Part shown: positions 29,119-38,781 of the stretch, piece after piece
Position numbering within the stretch: position 1 is the first letter of the stretch
How the letters are laid out: every line of letters begins with the position of its first letter
From: an uncultured Gemmiger sp.
Lineage (GTDB): Bacteria; Bacillota; Clostridia; Oscillospirales; Ruminococcaceae
Length of the DNA stretch: 57,295 nucleotides
Direction: 5' to 3'
NCBI GenBank assembly: GCA_959018215.1
Contig: CAUEKL010000001.1
Span: 1 to 57,295 of the forward strand
Program-made: the position numbers and the translations under genes
Notes under the pieces: generated by a model
Told to the model about the DNA's origin: nothing
Databases searched by the model: none
Seen by the model: the letters and a program-made list of their open reading frames with translations, nothing else

Positions 29119-30293
29119 AGGGCCACCTCCGCATGGGGGTTCGGGGTGCTCCCCGTACTGGCCGCGGCTGCGGCGGCGAAGGGTTGCCCGGTGGCAACAC
29201 AAAGCCCATGCTTGTTACCCTGAAGCGCCTCCTGTGACGATGATGACGATGGTGACGATGATTCCGACATATCCACGGCGGGGTCGGGTATATCGTATGT
29301 ATCGTCATTTGCGTCATCACCGTCATACCAGAGGCGAAGCTGCCGGGCGCTGGCGGTGCGGTGGCTCTCGCAACGGATACCCAGGGGCGCCAGATCGGTG
29401 GGGTAAAATTCCACCAGTTTGCGGGTCAGCTGGTTGGGCTGAACATCGGTGATGCCGGCAGCGGCCAGAAGTTCGGTGGCAGTGCCCTGCCAGAATTTCT
29501 GATGCTTTACAAAGTCGGCCACCGCCCACACACAAGCGGGCACGGCTTTGCGGGCCATCTGTTCGGCACTTTCTTCCTCGACCAGCCCCCAGATGCATCC
29601 CTCGCTTTGCAGGTGCAAGGTGCGACTGTCCATGTCCCGACCGGTCACCAGCAGACGGGCAGCGTTGCTCATCCGCTGGCGTTGCAGCAGCCAGATGGTG
29701 TCAGCAGCGCCCATCAGTCCGTTGGAGCCGGAAATCTGCTGGAACGGGTCGGAAGCGCCCTGTTTGCGCAGATGATGAACCAGCAGCAGGGCAATATTGT
29801 GTCGGTCGGCCAGATTTTTCAGCACGCTCATGTCTTGATAATCACTGGCGTAGGTGCCGGTGGTCGGCTCGGCCTCCCGGACCTTTTGTAGCGTGTCGAT
29901 GATGACCAGACCCGTTTCGGGGCGCTGGGTCAGAAAGGTTTCGATCTGCCGCTCCAGCCCCTGACCGATGGTCTCACAGGCGGTCTGAAAGTAGAGCCGG
30001 TCGGGAGTGACATCCTCGGTTAGGCGGAACAGGCGGTTCTGGATGCGGGCATATGTATCTTCCAAACACAGATACAACACCGTCTGGGCAGGGATGGTAC
30101 GTCCCCAGAATTCGCTGCCCTGGGACAGCTGCAGGCTCAGCCACAGGCAGAGCCAACTTTTGCCGCTTTTGCTGGCGCCGGCCAGCAGCGCCAGCCCGGC
30201 AGGCAGCAGGTCGGGAATGAGCCACCGCACCGGCGGCAGTGGGGTGGACAGCAAGGTTTGTGCATCAATAGGTTCGAATTTCGTCAAAAGCAT
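29115..30293 (-). CDS. AAA_25/RepA-like helicase-type ATPase
   Basis: Walker A GASKSGKS, 'LCLED', Walker B 'VIIDTL', 'VHHLRK', 'GSNGL', 'GRD'. Confidence 0.88.
   Translation of the reverse strand: MLLTKFEPIDAQTLLSTPLPPVRWLIPDLLPAGLALLAGASKSGKSWLCLWLSLQLSQGSEFWGRTIPAQTVLYLCLEDTYARIQNRLFRLTEDVTPDRLYFQTACETIGQGLERQIETFLTQRPETGLVIIDTLQKVREAEPTTGTYASDYQDMSVLKNLADRHNIALLLVHHLRKQGASDPFQQISGSNGLMGAADTIWLLQRQRMSNAARLLVTGRDMDSRTLHLQSEGCIWGLVEEESAEQMARKAVPACVWAVADFVKHQKFWQGTATELLAAAGITDVQPNQLTRKLVEFYPTDLAPLGIRCESHRTASARQLRLWYDGDDANDDTYDIPDPAVDMSESSSPSSSSSQEALQGNKHGLCVATGQPFAAAAAASTGSTPNPHAEVAL
29234..29326. repeat. Two inverted triplets of 9-bp iteron-like repeats
   Basis: RTGACGATG x3 (29234-29260) facing CGTCAT x3 at 9-bp period (29303, 29312, 29321). 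Confidence 0.75.
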
Positions 30294-30469
30294 TTCTCCT
30301 TTTCAGTTGGTTTGATTGGATGAGGCCGATACGGCCACAGCGGCCCCAAACAGGCCCGCAAAACGGCCTTGGCCCCGGCGCGGGGGAAAACGCCCGCACC
30401 GCCTGTCAGCCCCCGCACAGGGCGAACACCGGGCGGACAGCGGCGAGGGGCGCTCTGCGGCGCAAAGGG

Positions 30470-30712
30470 TCAGGAGCCGGCGGCCCGGGCGGCGGGTTGC
30501 ACGCCGTTCTCCACCACATAGCGGATCACGTTGATCTTGGGGATCTTGTAGGCGTTGCCCAGCTTCAGCCCCCGGATGCTGCCGTCTGTTAGCAGGTCGT
30601 AGGCCGCATGGCGGCTGATGCCCAGCATGACCTGCAGCTGGCGCACCGTCACGATGTCGGGATAGTCGGCGAATAACAGTTTGTAAAGGATTTGGATGTC
30701 AAAATTCTTCAT
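30470..30712 (-). CDS. Excisionase-like HTH_17 protein
   Basis: 'YPDIVTVRQLQVMLGISRHAAYDLL..G.I...KLGNAYKIPK'. Confidence 0.85.
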   Translation of the reverse strand: MKNFDIQILYKLLFADYPDIVTVRQLQVMLGISRHAAYDLLTDGSIRGLKLGNAYKIPKINVIRYVVENGVQPAARAAGS

Positions 30713-30826
30713 CGATCACCTGCTCTCAAAGGTTTTTTGCGGCACGAAATGCACGTCTGGGCGGATAAACGGACAACGGACGCCAGCCGAAAGCGGCGGT
30801 ACCCCTCCTTTCTATGTGGTGGCTAT

Positions 30827-30942
30827 GGGTTCCTTATGTAGGGGTCCTTGCTATGCGTAGGATAGGATTCTGGGATTCCTTATGCAGGGTTCCTTGTTTC
30901 GAACATGACGGTATTCCAGGGTTCCTTATGTGGGATTCCTTG
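30827..30942. repeat. Three degenerate tandem 46-bp units, each with two GGRTTCCTT-like boxes
   Basis: Boxes at 30827/30841, 30873/30887, 30919/30933. Confidence 0.8.
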
Positions 30943-31420
30943 TGCGGCGAATGGATAAATTTGACCTATCAAAAAGCCTGTCGTGTAGCTTATACGAACA
31001 ATTTGTCTTCGGGTAAAATAACAAGCGCATCTGACTCACAAACCTTGTAAAACCGCTAAAAACGGTGCTTGAAACAGCAAATCTACGACCTCAAAGCGTT
31101 TCGAAAATACAGTTTGTGATACATCCAGGATACAACGCAGAGAATGGACTGAAATGTTGTCAGGACCTCTCACTCTTGCGCTTTTGGCGCATCCGGCGTA
31201 TGCTTTTATTACAGTTCCGTTGTTTGTAATCCGTAGTCGTGTTGCGTTTTTTGCAAAGCAAAATCGAATATGGTGAAAGCCCCCTTTCTTCTGCATGAAC
31301 GAGCAAACATAACCTAAGTAGCGTGTTTTATGTTGCTCTCTTACTAAAAGGAGAAATCTGGGGTGCAAAACGGAACCATTTTTGAAAAAATGCAAGATTT
31401 TTTTGAAAAGAGGTGGAGTC

Positions 31421-32263
31421 ATGGCGTATTTGTCTGATGACGAACTTCTGGATACTGAGGTCGGCTTCACCGGATGGGACGATGGGACAGGCGCTGGGCC
31501 GGGGGAAACGCTGGAACAGGCGCTTGCAGAAGAACGTCTGGCCGACCTGGAAAGCGAACTGGAGCAGGACGAACATCCCATCGACTATGATGCCGAACTG
31601 GAGGACGAGGAAGAAGAAGCTGCCCCGGTCAGTGATAAGCGGCTCAAACGGGAAATGCGAGCCGAGGCCATACGGCGGCTGGAGGAAGCAGCACGCACGG
31701 AGAAGGATTTCCGGGACGTGGTGGAGGAATGGAACAAGCTGGACCGGAACCGGGAGCGCCGGGAACGGGACCACGAAAACCTTCGTGGGGATGTGCCGCT
31801 GGAATATCAGGCAGTTCCGGAACCCAAGCTTATTCCTTGCTGGATGAACAACCCCACATACCGGCAGCTGATGGCCGGGAACTTTCTGGACATCCTGTTT
31901 GACTGCCCCTATGAGATGCATAATCTGACAGCTGATGCCTTTATTTCTCGCATGGTGGAGGAATTGAGCGAGGAACATAAGGAGGTTCTATATTTCCTCT
32001 CTTTGCGCCTGTACAGCTCTACCCAGCTTGCCGCTGTGCGAGGGCAGTCTGACCGCAATATCCGCAAACTGCGGAAAACCATCCACAAGAAATTACAGCG
32101 CCAGATGTATGAGCATCTGTGCAGAAAACCGGAAAATGGCCTAACCTTGCGGGAACGCCGGTTTCTGGAAGAATACTCGGTGATTGCCAAGAAGCAGGGT
32201 AAGGACACCGTGATACGACGGGAGAACAAGACCAAACGCAGAAAAAAGAAAAACCGCCCCTGA
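31421..32263 (+). CDS. Hypothetical protein with sigma-70 region-4-like HTH
   Basis: 'LSEEHKEVLYFLSLRLYSSTQLAAVRGQSDRNIRK'; acidic N-terminus; RBS gaggtggag. Confidence 0.6.
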   Translation: MAYLSDDELLDTEVGFTGWDDGTGAGPGETLEQALAEERLADLESELEQDEHPIDYDAELEDEEEEAAPVSDKRLKREMRAEAIRRLEEAARTEKDFRDVVEEWNKLDRNRERRERDHENLRGDVPLEYQAVPEPKLIPCWMNNPTYRQLMAGNFLDILFDCPYEMHNLTADAFISRMVEELSEEHKEVLYFLSLRLYSSTQLAAVRGQSDRNIRKLRKTIHKKLQRQMYEHLCRKPENGLTLRERRFLEEYSVIAKKQGKDTVIRRENKTKRRKKKNRP

Positions 32264-32294
32264 TGGCAGGGACGATGGAACAGAGAGGGCATGT

Positions 32295-33221
32295 ATGATG
32301 AAAAATTTATTTGAGCAGTCCCGTTCCCATTGGGTGCGGTACGACCATTATGAGCTGAAAACAGCCGGGGACGGAAAGCGGTATATTACCCCCGGCAAAA
32401 ATGCAAAGCCGGATGTTTACAATCCGCTGAAAGAGGTCCCGGGCATTGTGCTGGAAGCACTGAATGTGGGGATGCTGCTGATGGGGCGCAAACCGGAGGC
32501 AGAGGTGGAAAAGGCGGTGATGGAGTTTGTTACCCGGTACGGCCTGCTAGGATTGATGACCGCCCTGCCTACCACCCCATCTTTTATGGACTATGAGGCG
32601 GTATACCTGCCGAAAAACCACTTCATCAAGGAAGAATCCATGGCAACGGACAAATACCTGTCCCTGTTTTACCCCTTTGGCCAGCTGGATTTGGTGAAGA
32701 AAAACATAGAATCTACTTGGAGTGTGTCTGGTGACTGGATGATGGTTGCCCTGACCATGACTTTCATGGACGAGCCGATGGCAAAAAACATGAGCTTCCA
32801 GCGAGAGTATGCGGAACCCTACGACTGGGTTGCCCAGCAGTTCAAAGACTGGGCCTTTACGCTGACCAGCGCCATTTTGTACTACAATGACTATGATTCC
32901 ATCGACGAGGATACACGGGAATTGTACCGCAAGGCCATGTCTGCGTTCGGAGGGATCGCCCCCAGCTATCACATTGAGCTGTTGGATAAGCCTACCATCT
33001 ATTGGGATTTCCATTCCCTTCTGCTGGGTATTCAGATGATGCTTAGCTTCATGCTGGTGGACAGTGACCAACCCCTACGCCTATGCAAGCACTGTCAGAA
33101 GGTGTTCCTGGGTAACAGGTCTAACGCCGTCTTTTGCAGCCTACGGTGCAAAAATCAGCACAATGTCTACAAGAGCCGAGGAAAGAACCAGACGGATGGA
33201 GGAGTCGAGAAAATGAGGTGA
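32295..33221 (+). CDS. Hypothetical protein with C-terminal Cys4 zinc finger (CGNR-like)
   Basis: 'RLCKHCQKVF......VFCSLRCKNQHNV'. Confidence 0.6.
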   Translation: MMKNLFEQSRSHWVRYDHYELKTAGDGKRYITPGKNAKPDVYNPLKEVPGIVLEALNVGMLLMGRKPEAEVEKAVMEFVTRYGLLGLMTALPTTPSFMDYEAVYLPKNHFIKEESMATDKYLSLFYPFGQLDLVKKNIESTWSVSGDWMMVALTMTFMDEPMAKNMSFQREYAEPYDWVAQQFKDWAFTLTSAILYYNDYDSIDEDTRELYRKAMSAFGGIAPSYHIELLDKPTIYWDFHSLLLGIQMMLSFMLVDSDQPLRLCKHCQKVFLGNRSNAVFCSLRCKNQHNVYKSRGKNQTDGGVEKMR

Positions 33222-33375
33222 AAACAGACTGTTGATGGAAACGGCTACCCCAGAAGCTACACAGAAAACAAGGACTCTTCCAATAATTGTATTAAGCGCT
33301 GGAAGGGTAAGTGCATTTTTATTCTTCAATTAAAGAGAATTTTTGAAAATTTCTGTTAAAATCACAAGGTTTTTA

Positions 33376-33714
33376 TTATAGAATCAAAAAGCAATAAGCG
33401 TTCAGTTTTGCTATGGTGATGCCGTGGTTGCCAGGCAGTTGATATTCCACGCTGTCCCGAAAATCAAGTAAGGCCCAAAAGGCCATCTCGTATGCGGGAT
33501 TTCCGTTTGACAGCCAGTCGGCATTGCAAGCAACCCTTTCACTGTTGCGAAAAATGCGCCCTGCCAGAACGAAGCGATGAAGAAGATGGTCAACAATTGC
33601 TTCTTGGCCACGATACCAGAGATAGAGCTGGCGAATGAGCAGTGCTTTATAGTGGTAGATCAGATCAAGAAGATCATCCGGGGGAATACCGGAAGAAGGT
33701 AAGGGGCAAATCAT
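33376..33714 (-). CDS. Small hypothetical protein
   Basis: 112 aa ORF with RBS aaggag before the ATG; no motif recognised. Confidence 0.4.
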   Translation of the reverse strand: MICPLPSSGIPPDDLLDLIYHYKALLIRQLYLWYRGQEAIVDHLLHRFVLAGRIFRNSERVACNADWLSNGNPAYEMAFWALLDFRDSVEYQLPGNHGITIAKLNAYCFLIL

Positions 33715-33848
33715 GAGAAACTCCTTTCCCTTGTGAAGGACGAACAGAATGCGTATTACGCACGTATTGGAACCGTAAATGAAGCGTGTACCGTGCGTAT
33801 AAAACAGAACGGCCCGGCGGGTTTGTCGCCGGGCCGCTTATTATGGGG

Positions 33849-34965
33849 TTACTGTGTGGAAGAACCAGTCTGCGGGAAATTCTTATGCAGATCCGGCACA
33901 GGCACATCGGGATTGCGTGCGTCGAACATCTTCAGCACTGCTTCATCGGCTTTCTGCCAGGCACCGTCCGTCTTGACGAACAGGGTGAGCTTGCCGTCCA
34001 TCTGCATCAGCTTAAAGGTGATGCTGTCGGCGGTAAGATAGCCGGTGGGAACCGCCTCCTCGACCAGCGTGTAGACGTGCTCGACGGAATCGGTGGAGAA
34101 CAAAAGCAGATGGGTACGGGGATCTCTTGCTGCCTTATCCTCTGTCAGAACCGGCAGCGCGTGGGGAGCGGTGTTGGTGTACCAGCTGTCGATCACATAG
34201 CCGTCGCTGTCGCGCAAAGAAAGGCGCGCGCCGGGCAGTGCTGTGTTTGTGGCTTCATCCATCTTGGTAATGGTGAAGGTGCCCACCGGGGCGTCGTACA
34301 TAGTCACTTTCTGGATGCGGCCGCTCTCTTCCACCTGGAAGCGTATGCTTTCCGCCAGCTGGTAGGAAGCGGGAGCTGCCGTTTCTGTCAGGGTGTAGAT
34401 GCCAGGCTGCAGGCGGTCGATGCGGCGCGGCTGACCGTCGCTGACCCATTCGGCCACCACGCTGCCTTCCTCGTCGGCAATCCGCAGATGGGCGCCGCGC
34501 AGTTCATCGCCGTTGGTAATGTCCTTCTTGGAAATTTCGACCTTGGTGAAGTCATCCTTCATCTCAACGCGCTGGATCTCACCGGTAGGCTGGACCGTAA
34601 AGGAAACGTTTTCGGCACGGACGTAACCATTCTCGGTGGGGGCCATCGTTTCAATCAGCACGAGATTGCCAACGGGCAGCCGTTCAATGTAGTGCGGTTG
34701 GCCGTCGGTCACCCATCCGGCCAGGACGTTGCCCTCGCCGTCCACAATCTGCAGATGGGCGCCAGGCACTTCCGCACCGGTTGCAATGTCGGTCTTGGAG
34801 ATACGGACCTTGGTGTAGTCATCCTGCATAAATACGTGCTGTACTTTTCCGTCATCTTCCACCGTGAACTGGATGGAAGCGGCGGGTACGTACCCGTCCT
34901 GGATGGGGGCTTTGGCTTCCACCAGGGTATAGGTGGCACCGGCGATCAGCGTCGCTTCGATATTG
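33849..34965 (-). pseudogene. 5'-truncated Cna-B/SpaA-like repeat surface protein remnant
   Basis: Repeats 'TKV.ISK.DI..G.E..GAHL.I.D.EG......W..DG' and 'YTL.E..AP.GY'; no start codon or signal peptide; ends FPQTG with no TM tail. Confidence 0.75.
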
Positions 34966-35055
34966 TAAATTTTTGAGTAATGGCTGAAAGATTTACTCGA
35001 TTTGCTTCCTGCTTGCTTGTTGCACCTATTACCGTACCGAATGATTCGTGAAGGA

Positions 35056-36618
35056 TTACTTGGTGGGAAGTTCGCGATAGGTCATTCTTTCAAAATCAGA
35101 ATAACCACCAGCGTCCTCTCCATTGCCGGAAGCATATAACCCCAGTGTACAGCCGACAAAACCGCCGGCATGTTCCGTGCTTAAAGAGCGCAGATCAATG
35201 TCGTAGGCAACCGGTTTCCATTCACTATTGCTTTGGTAAAGAACACTGGCCACAAGCCCTTCTACGCGCAACTTCAGTTTGATGGGGGTTGCAGCCGACA
35301 TATCCATTCGCGCCAAACAGCTGTCTTCACCATCTTTGCAAAGAGAAACAACAAGTTTGATCCCCGAATCCTGGGGATAGCACTCTGCCCGTAGATGGTT
35401 TTCGTTGCTTTGAACCATGGCAATACCGGCGCAATCACTCTCTTTGCAGAAATGCGGGATAAAGCTGGTTTCAAATTCGCAATTCCAGTGTTGCTGACGC
35501 AGCGCGAGGTATGCAGGCTCACCGCAATCCTTCAAGCTGTCGCAACGATGGAAAAGACGAACAATATGCTCTTCTGCGTGCAGTTCAAGTTCGTGATCGC
35601 GGTGATTGCGCAAAGTCAGCAACTCCAGCGGCAGAGAAGGTGTATCAAACGTATAGGTTTTACATTGGGGTACGTCGTCAGAAGGCTGCCCCTCGTAAGG
35701 CAGCGTGACTACTTCTTCAAGATGACCGACCCCCGCATTTACAACCGGCCAACCATCTTCCCAGGTGACCTTTGCCAAAAAGGTTTCACGCCCCAACAAC
35801 GTGTACCCTTGGTTCGGCCGGCAAGCCAATACAACCATATACCAGTTGCCGTTTCCGTCATCCACTAAGTCGGCATGACCGACGCAGGTAACAGGATATT
35901 GGGCTCCCAAATGGCGATGCGTCAGAATGGGGTTGCAGGGGCAGTACTCGTAGGGACCAAACACATTTTTGCTGCGCGCGATCATGACGCTGTGGTGGAT
36001 GGATGTACCGCTTTCCGCATGCAAAATGTAATAGTAACCGTCCTTTTTGTACAGGTGAGGTCCCTCCGGCCAAATGGCTTTGCGCTGGAATCCGGTAAGT
36101 ACAATGGTGGCATCGGGCTTTAACTGCATCGTGTCCAGATCCAGAGTTTGAATCCAAATTTCGCAGTCGCCATTGTAGCGGTACCCGGCAGAACGCGGCC
36201 GTTGGCCGATATAATAGCAGGTACCGTCATCGTCAAAAAAGAGACTGGGATCAATGCCGCCGGTAGACTCACCCAAATAGTAAGGCTCGGACCAGGGGCC
36301 GCGCGGATCTTTTGCAGTGACGATAAAATTTCCTTGGTCGGACACGTTGGTGGTAATCATATACCAGGTGCCCTTATGGTAACGAATGGTAGGGGCAAAA
36401 ATCCCCTCGGAATGCTGACAGCCGGACAAAGGAACCTGAGAATCACGATCGAGCACATTGCTGATCAAATTCCAGTGGACAAGATCTTCGCTCTCAAAAA
36501 CCGGCACGCCGGGAAAATACGCAAATGTCGAATGAACCGTATAGAATTTGTTCCCTACCCGGCAAATCGAAGGGTCGGGAAAGAAGCCTGTCATGATAGG
36601 ATTTTTAACGGAAAGCAT
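35056..36618 (-). CDS. GH43 beta-xylosidase/arabinofuranosidase with C-terminal beta-sandwich
   Basis: 'NPIMTGFFPDPSICRV', 'FAPTIRYH', 'GIDPSLF', 'WPEGPHLYK', 'GHADLV', 'LGRETFL'. Confidence 0.92.
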   Translation of the reverse strand: MLSVKNPIMTGFFPDPSICRVGNKFYTVHSTFAYFPGVPVFESEDLVHWNLISNVLDRDSQVPLSGCQHSEGIFAPTIRYHKGTWYMITTNVSDQGNFIVTAKDPRGPWSEPYYLGESTGGIDPSLFFDDDGTCYYIGQRPRSAGYRYNGDCEIWIQTLDLDTMQLKPDATIVLTGFQRKAIWPEGPHLYKKDGYYYILHAESGTSIHHSVMIARSKNVFGPYEYCPCNPILTHRHLGAQYPVTCVGHADLVDDGNGNWYMVVLACRPNQGYTLLGRETFLAKVTWEDGWPVVNAGVGHLEEVVTLPYEGQPSDDVPQCKTYTFDTPSLPLELLTLRNHRDHELELHAEEHIVRLFHRCDSLKDCGEPAYLALRQQHWNCEFETSFIPHFCKESDCAGIAMVQSNENHLRAECYPQDSGIKLVVSLCKDGEDSCLARMDMSAATPIKLKLRVEGLVASVLYQSNSEWKPVAYDIDLRSLSTEHAGGFVGCTLGLYASGNGEDAGGYSDFERMTYRELPTK

Positions 36619-36667
36619 AGAAAACCTCCAGGTATAAAGGGGTGATATTCTGCATGCAAAAATATAG

Positions 36668-36717
36668 AGCTATGGCCGCTGCATCCAGGAGGAAAAACAG
36701 ATGCAGCGGCCATAGCT
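36668..36717. other. Perfect 18-bp inverted repeat (RNA-stabilising or terminating hairpin)
   Basis: agctatggccgctgcatc / gatgcagcggccatagct between the permease and GH43 genes. Confidence 0.7.
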
Positions 36718-36792
36718 ATTGGAGGGTGCCGCCAAACTGACTTTTCGTGTTACAGGCACTGGAAAACAGGGGCGGATGGCAGGAAAAGGATT

Positions 36793-37680
36793 TTACTCTT
36801 TTACACTGCCAATGGTCATGCCGGATACAAAGTATCTTTGCAGGAAGGGATAAAGCAGAATGATGGGAAGCATCGTCACCACAGTAGCGGCGGCACGCAC
36901 GGTAACCGGCGTGACGGCTGCGGTAGCGGTGTTGCCGCCGGTGGTGGCACTGCCGCTTTGCTGCATGACAGAGGAAAGAAGCTTCATCAACTCATATTGC
37001 AGGGTCGTATACTGGGTGTTCATCCGGTTGTACAACATAGCATCAAACCAGGAGTTCCACTGTCCGACAGCTACGAACAGGGCGACGGTGGCATACACCG
37101 GCTTGCACAGGGGCGAGATGATACGGGTAAAGATGGTGAAATCGTTGGCACCGTCAATCATGGCGGATTCTTCCAGCGCGCTGGGCAGACCTTCCATGTA
37201 AGTGCGCAGAACCAGAACGTTAAATGCGCTGATCATGCCCGGAATGACGTATACCCAGAAAGAGTTGGTCAGGTTCAGGCTGCGGTACAAAAGCAAGGTG
37301 GGGATCATGCCGCCGTTCACATACATGGTGATGACCCAGAACAAAGACAGCTGGGAACGGAACAAAAAGCGTTTGCGGCTGATGACGTAGGCCAAAAGTG
37401 CGTTCGTTACCAGGGAGAAGATGGTTCCCAACACAGTTCTGGCCACCGAAACCACTGCACCGGTGATGATGTTCTGCTGATTCAGAACCGTTTTATAGTT
37501 CGAGAGCGTAAAGATGCGCGGCCACAGATGGATGCCACCGCGTACGGCGTCGATACCGTCGTTGAAAGAAAGCGCCAGCGTGTTCAGAACAGGATACAGC
37601 GTAATGGTGACGAACAAAACCAGGAAAATGGTATTGCAGGTAACAAAGACTTTGTCCATGGTGGATGATTTGATTTTCAT
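36793..37680 (-). CDS. Carbohydrate ABC transporter permease
   Basis: 'LEESAMIDGAN', 'YPFLQRYFVSGMTIGSVKE'. Confidence 0.92.
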   Translation of the reverse strand: MKIKSSTMDKVFVTCNTIFLVLFVTITLYPVLNTLALSFNDGIDAVRGGIHLWPRIFTLSNYKTVLNQQNIITGAVVSVARTVLGTIFSLVTNALLAYVISRKRFLFRSQLSLFWVITMYVNGGMIPTLLLYRSLNLTNSFWVYVIPGMISAFNVLVLRTYMEGLPSALEESAMIDGANDFTIFTRIISPLCKPVYATVALFVAVGQWNSWFDAMLYNRMNTQYTTLQYELMKLLSSVMQQSGSATTGGNTATAAVTPVTVRAAATVVTMLPIILLYPFLQRYFVSGMTIGSVKE

Positions 37681-37693
37681 GTGTACCCTCCCC

Positions 37694-38617
37694 TTAGAAC
37701 AATCTGTCTTCACCGGCACGTTTGGCAATCCAGTTTGCGCCGAGAATCAGAATAATTGCAACGACGCTCTTGAAGATACCGGCTGCAGTACCCAAAGAAT
37801 AATCGTTCTGGCTGATGCCCCAGGTCAAGGTGTAGATATCAATGGTTTCCGAAACACCCTTGACCAGGCCGTTGCCAAGCAGATACTGGACTTCAAAGCC
37901 TGCATTCAATACGTTGCCAACATTCATGATCAGCAGAATCATAATGGTGGACTTGATGCCAGGAAGCGTGACGTGCCAGATTTTGCCCCACCGGCCGGCA
38001 CCATCCAAAGTGGCTGCCTCATACAGGCTGGGATCGATGGAGGTAATGGCGGCCAGGTAGACAATGGCATTCCAGCCGGTTTCCTTCCAAACATTGGCAA
38101 ATGCAACGATTGGCCAAAAATAACTCGGATTGGCGAAGAAGTTGATGGGCGAATCCACAATGCCCAGGTTCACCAGCAGCTCATTGACGATACCGGTGGA
38201 AGACAGCGCATCGTGCAGAATACCGGTGACAATGATCCAGGAAAGGAAGTGGGGCAGATAGGAAACCGTTTGAACAAGCTTTTTGCCGAACATGTTGCGT
38301 ACTTCGTTCAGCAGGATGGCGAAGATAATGGCCATTAAAAAGGTGGTCACCAGATTGAGAACGCCCATGGCCAGAGTGTTACGGATATCACGCAAAAAGA
38401 CTTCGTCAGAGAACAGGAATTTAAACTTTTCCAGTCCTACGAATTCAGATCCGAAGAGGCCGTCTTTGGGTTTGTAGTTCTGAAAGGCCATTACCCAGCC
38501 TGCCAGTGGAACGTAATAAAATACGATGCCGTATACAAAAAAGATAGCCGCACAGACCATCAGAAATTTCTGGCGTGAAATCTCTTTCCATGTAATACGC
38601 TTTGATGGATTTTTCAT
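37694..38617 (-). CDS. Carbohydrate ABC transporter permease (LplB-like)
   Basis: 'YLPHFLSW', 'WKETGW', 'LYEAATLDGAGRW'. Confidence 0.92.
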   Translation of the reverse strand: MKNPSKRITWKEISRQKFLMVCAAIFFVYGIVFYYVPLAGWVMAFQNYKPKDGLFGSEFVGLEKFKFLFSDEVFLRDIRNTLAMGVLNLVTTFLMAIIFAILLNEVRNMFGKKLVQTVSYLPHFLSWIIVTGILHDALSSTGIVNELLVNLGIVDSPINFFANPSYFWPIVAFANVWKETGWNAIVYLAAITSIDPSLYEAATLDGAGRWGKIWHVTLPGIKSTIMILLIMNVGNVLNAGFEVQYLLGNGLVKGVSETIDIYTLTWGISQNDYSLGTAAGIFKSVVAIILILGANWIAKRAGEDRLF

Positions 38618-38781
38618 TGGCGAGTCCTCCTAAGGAACGTGTATGGCGAATCATGTGTTGCAAACTAACGTTTAAGGAGCTTGCGGGTTGAATGCATTTC
38701 ATAAAAAAGTGGCCACGGCTACACCGTGCAGCCGTGGCCACTTGTATGTGTCAACGTCTGTGTCGCCTGCAATAACGGGCA

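Noticed and set aside
30827..30942. Possible mini-CRISPR array
   Set aside because: Units are degenerate, the variable part is only about 22 bp, there are three copies and no cas genes in the window
34995..35010. 'actcgatttgc' as a further att core or the missing tRNA 3' half
   Set aside because: Matches only 6 of 8 core bases and no T-arm or acceptor stem follows
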